From contig OZ024763.1 of assembly GCA_964016885.1 (NCBI GenBank), positions 8,804,001 through 8,868,000 of the forward strand: a stretch of 64,000 nucleotides of DNA, read 5' to 3'. A program made the position numbers and the translations under genes. The stretch's first letter is position 1. Every line of letters begins with the position of its first letter. Shown here piece after piece: positions 61,172-64,000 of the stretch. The stretch is from Eledone cirrhosa (lineage: Eukaryota). The notes beneath the pieces were generated by a model. The model did no database searches, was not told where the DNA came from, and worked only from the letters and a program-made list of their open reading frames with translations.

Positions 61172-61340
61172 GATGTTGTCCAAAGCAAAGGCCGATACAG
61201 CTCATTTCTACAGCTGAGTGAACTGGAGCAAGGTGCAATAAAGTGTCTTGCTCGAGGACACAACACATCACCCAGTGTGGGAATCGAGCTCGCCACTTTG
61301 CGAGTCCAACGCTCTAACTACTAAGCCACACAACTTCACC
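61172..61340 (-). mobile_element. tRNA/CORE-like SINE
   Basis: Minus strand gtgaag...tggcttagtagttagagcgttggactcgcaaa...gagctcgattccc...gtgtcctcgagcaagacac. Confidence 0.75.
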
Positions 61341-62076
61341 AAACATTGTTGTCATAAACGACACATTATGTTGCTGACAAAGATCTGTTTTTATCTAAAC
61401 AGGTTGTGACCTTTATAAGTTGTTTGTTTTAACCTGGCGTCTGTCTTGATTAGCACTCATTTACCATCACAGACGTTACAACCGTGACCCTTCCATCGTA
61501 TTTGTAGTTACAGTGTATCTAAAGTCTGCACCACCGAATGTGTCCTTCTCTAAGACAGTAGGGTGTGATTTAGAACAATGTGGCTGCTATTTCTAACAGG
61601 TCGAACGATGTCATATTGAAGCTCCCTAATTCCGTAGCCATCCACCCAGCTACCCGATTAATATCTCGCTGTTTGCTCGATCGGGGCTTTCCTAATGCTG
61701 AACTATTATACCAATGGGTCAATGAGGGGGTCCCTATATGACTGTTCGACCAGCTAGAAACAGCAGCCAAAACTCCCAACTACAGTTTCTATGTAGTCCG
61801 ACATTCGATATATTGTCTAAAACTACAAACAAAAGACGGATCGGTCACGGCTGGAACGACAATTCTCGACCTAGGATTAAACAACAGCAACACCAAAAAC
61901 AATGGAGCCTTTACATGGTATCTCAATCTGCTAGAAATAGCAGCCAAATCGCCATTACTCTACTTAATGTCAGGCCTAGATACACGGACTGAAAAGTAAG
62001 ACTGGATGTTCACGGCTGGAACCTCTTGATTATAGGGGTAGGGTTTGGGAGAGGCAAAGCTACCCCCCCCCCCCCT

Positions 62077-62215
62077 CCGAGGTTAGCTTTGTCTTTCATC
62101 CTTACGGGGTCGATAAACTAAAGTACTAGTAATGTACTGGGGTTGATTTAATCGACTTCCCCCTCCCCCCGCACCCAAAATTACTGGCTTTGTGCCTAAA
62201 TCAGAAGCAATTATT
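62077..62215 (+). mobile_element. SINE family A fragment
   Basis: ccgaggttagctttgtctttcatccttacggggtcgataaactaaagtac. Confidence 0.75.
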
Positions 62216-62508
62216 ATTGTATTCTGTCAAAACCGACCCTGGGTTAAATAAATGGTTTGGTTGATAATAAAATATTGAAGGGATGTTCACGGCTGGAACA
62301 TCTTAATTATAGGGGCAGGGATTGTAGGATTTAGGGAAAGATAGTTATTTCTATTTGATATCGTATATTATATTCTCGGTCAAAGCCGACCCTGGGTTAA
62401 ATAAACAGTTGTTTGGTTTATAATATATTGAAACGTGGCGGTTTACTACTTAGAACAGGTTGGCAGGTTGCCTGGTTGGCTTGTTGCACGTCTTAATACT
62501 AAATACTG

Positions 62509-62570
<62 letters not shown>

Positions 62571-63010
62571 GTCTTTTACTATTCAAGCCATCCGACTGAG
62601 GCCATGTTGGGGCACTTTTATAAAATACTCGGTTAATTCTTTGTTGCACGACTTAAAACTAAATACAGGCCATGTATATGAAGGATTCGGGATCCCGACG
62701 GCTGAACTCCTGCCGTTTCAACAGCTACATGTATATATAAACACCAGTTTTATAAAAAGAAATTTGGCTAATTTCTTCGGAAAGGGGTTATTTTTTATTT
62801 TTTTAATTTTATATACTTTCACCCACTTCAACAATTTAGTATATTTTCTTAATGAAATACACACACTCGGTGTACACGTATACACATACCCATACACGCG
62901 TTGTACACGTATACACCGCCCCTCCTGCTGCTTGTTTTTCACTCTTTCACACACAGACACGTATATATATATATATATATATATGCGTGTGTATGTAATA
63001 TATATTTGTA

Positions 63011-63056
<46 letters not shown>

Positions 63057-63100
63057 GTGTGTTTGTATTCACACACACGTATGTGTATATACATATATAT

Positions 63101-63145
63101 TTCCTGATGATTTCCTTCGAATGAAACAGTTCTAGTCCTATAGAA
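63101..63145 (+). ncRNA. Degenerate type I hammerhead ribozyme-like motif
   Basis: TTC-CTGATGA-tttc cttc gaat-GAA-ACAG ttctagtc CTAT-A-GAA. Core boxes are present, stem I is TTC/GAA, and stem III has one mismatch. Confidence 0.45.
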
Positions 63146-63937
63146 GCCATTTCTATATTAAATTTGTTGTACTAATGTATTGAGTACCTTACTGTCGTTA
63201 CCCCCGATTGAACCCGGGACTTACACACGCACGTACACATACATGGACACACACGTACACAAGCACCTTGCGACAACCATATGTTTATTTTCTCCCATTA
63301 AACACTGGCAATCCTCTACGTGGTCGTTCGACCTGCAAGAAATACCAGCCAAATCCTTCAAATTTAATCGGTGTTCCGTCATGGAAAAACACAAACAACA
63401 TATTATAAAAAGATGAGGTGGTTACGACTGGAGCGTCTTTCATTATAGGTCAGCTGGACCAAGGCTGACCTGGGGCTAAACAACTACTAAATGTTGTGTA
63501 TATATATATAGAGAGAGAGAGAACTTGATGTTGAAACGACAAGAGCTCAGCCGTCGGGTCCCGACTCTTTATATTATATATGTTTATAATCTGCTGTCTT
63601 CCCTATTTATTAAAAATCCTCTCTATGTCTGTCTCACATCGCGAGATTTCTTATCTTCCAGTATGTTGCTGTTACTTAACCCTCGGTAAACTTCTATCGA
63701 CCAGAGTAGATATATAACCAAAGACAGTGACCATCGTGTATTTCTTTATTTTGTATCTAGAAAAACAAAACTACAATTGTTCTCTGTGGCCTTCCTTTCT
63801 GTTTTTCTTCTTTTAAAGACAGAGTATGGTTATAATTTGAGAGTTAGTCTAGCTCCTATTTCTAGCAAGCGAGCCACATAGCAGTTTGTCTTCGTTGCGT
63901 TCAAGTATGTTAAATAAAACTGTGGAATGTATGTATG

Positions 63938-64000
<63 letters not shown>

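Overview
Eukaryotic, AT-rich, repeat-dense genomic DNA. The SINE/LINE/MITE repertoire and microsatellite load suggest a coleoid cephalopod such as Octopus; this is inference only. The only host gene I can support is the 3' part of an MBOAT-family lysophospholipid acyltransferase (LPCAT3/MBOAT5-like) on the + strand. It has four coding exons at 516-2884, a probable intron in the 3'UTR and a non-coding last exon. Positions 9192-40277 are a ~31 kb satellite of a 41-bp monomer with ~1.85 kb higher-order repeats, and it flips orientation three times at fold-back junctions, two of which are identical. A 200-N gap follows, then ~10.5 kb of (TA)/(TATG)/(TG) microsatellite. The last ~13 kb is a mosaic of decayed RTE and RLE-type LINEs, tRNA-derived SINEs, MITEs and many short palindromes. 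Several palindromes and dispersed motifs fit type I hammerhead ribozyme architecture, as in Penelope-like element or retrozyme termini. Most ORFs in the supplied track, including all the long Y/I/M/C-rich ones, are microsatellite artefacts. The best candidates for something undescribed are the inverted-amplified, helically phased satellite and the hammerhead-bearing palindromic elements; neither is proven.
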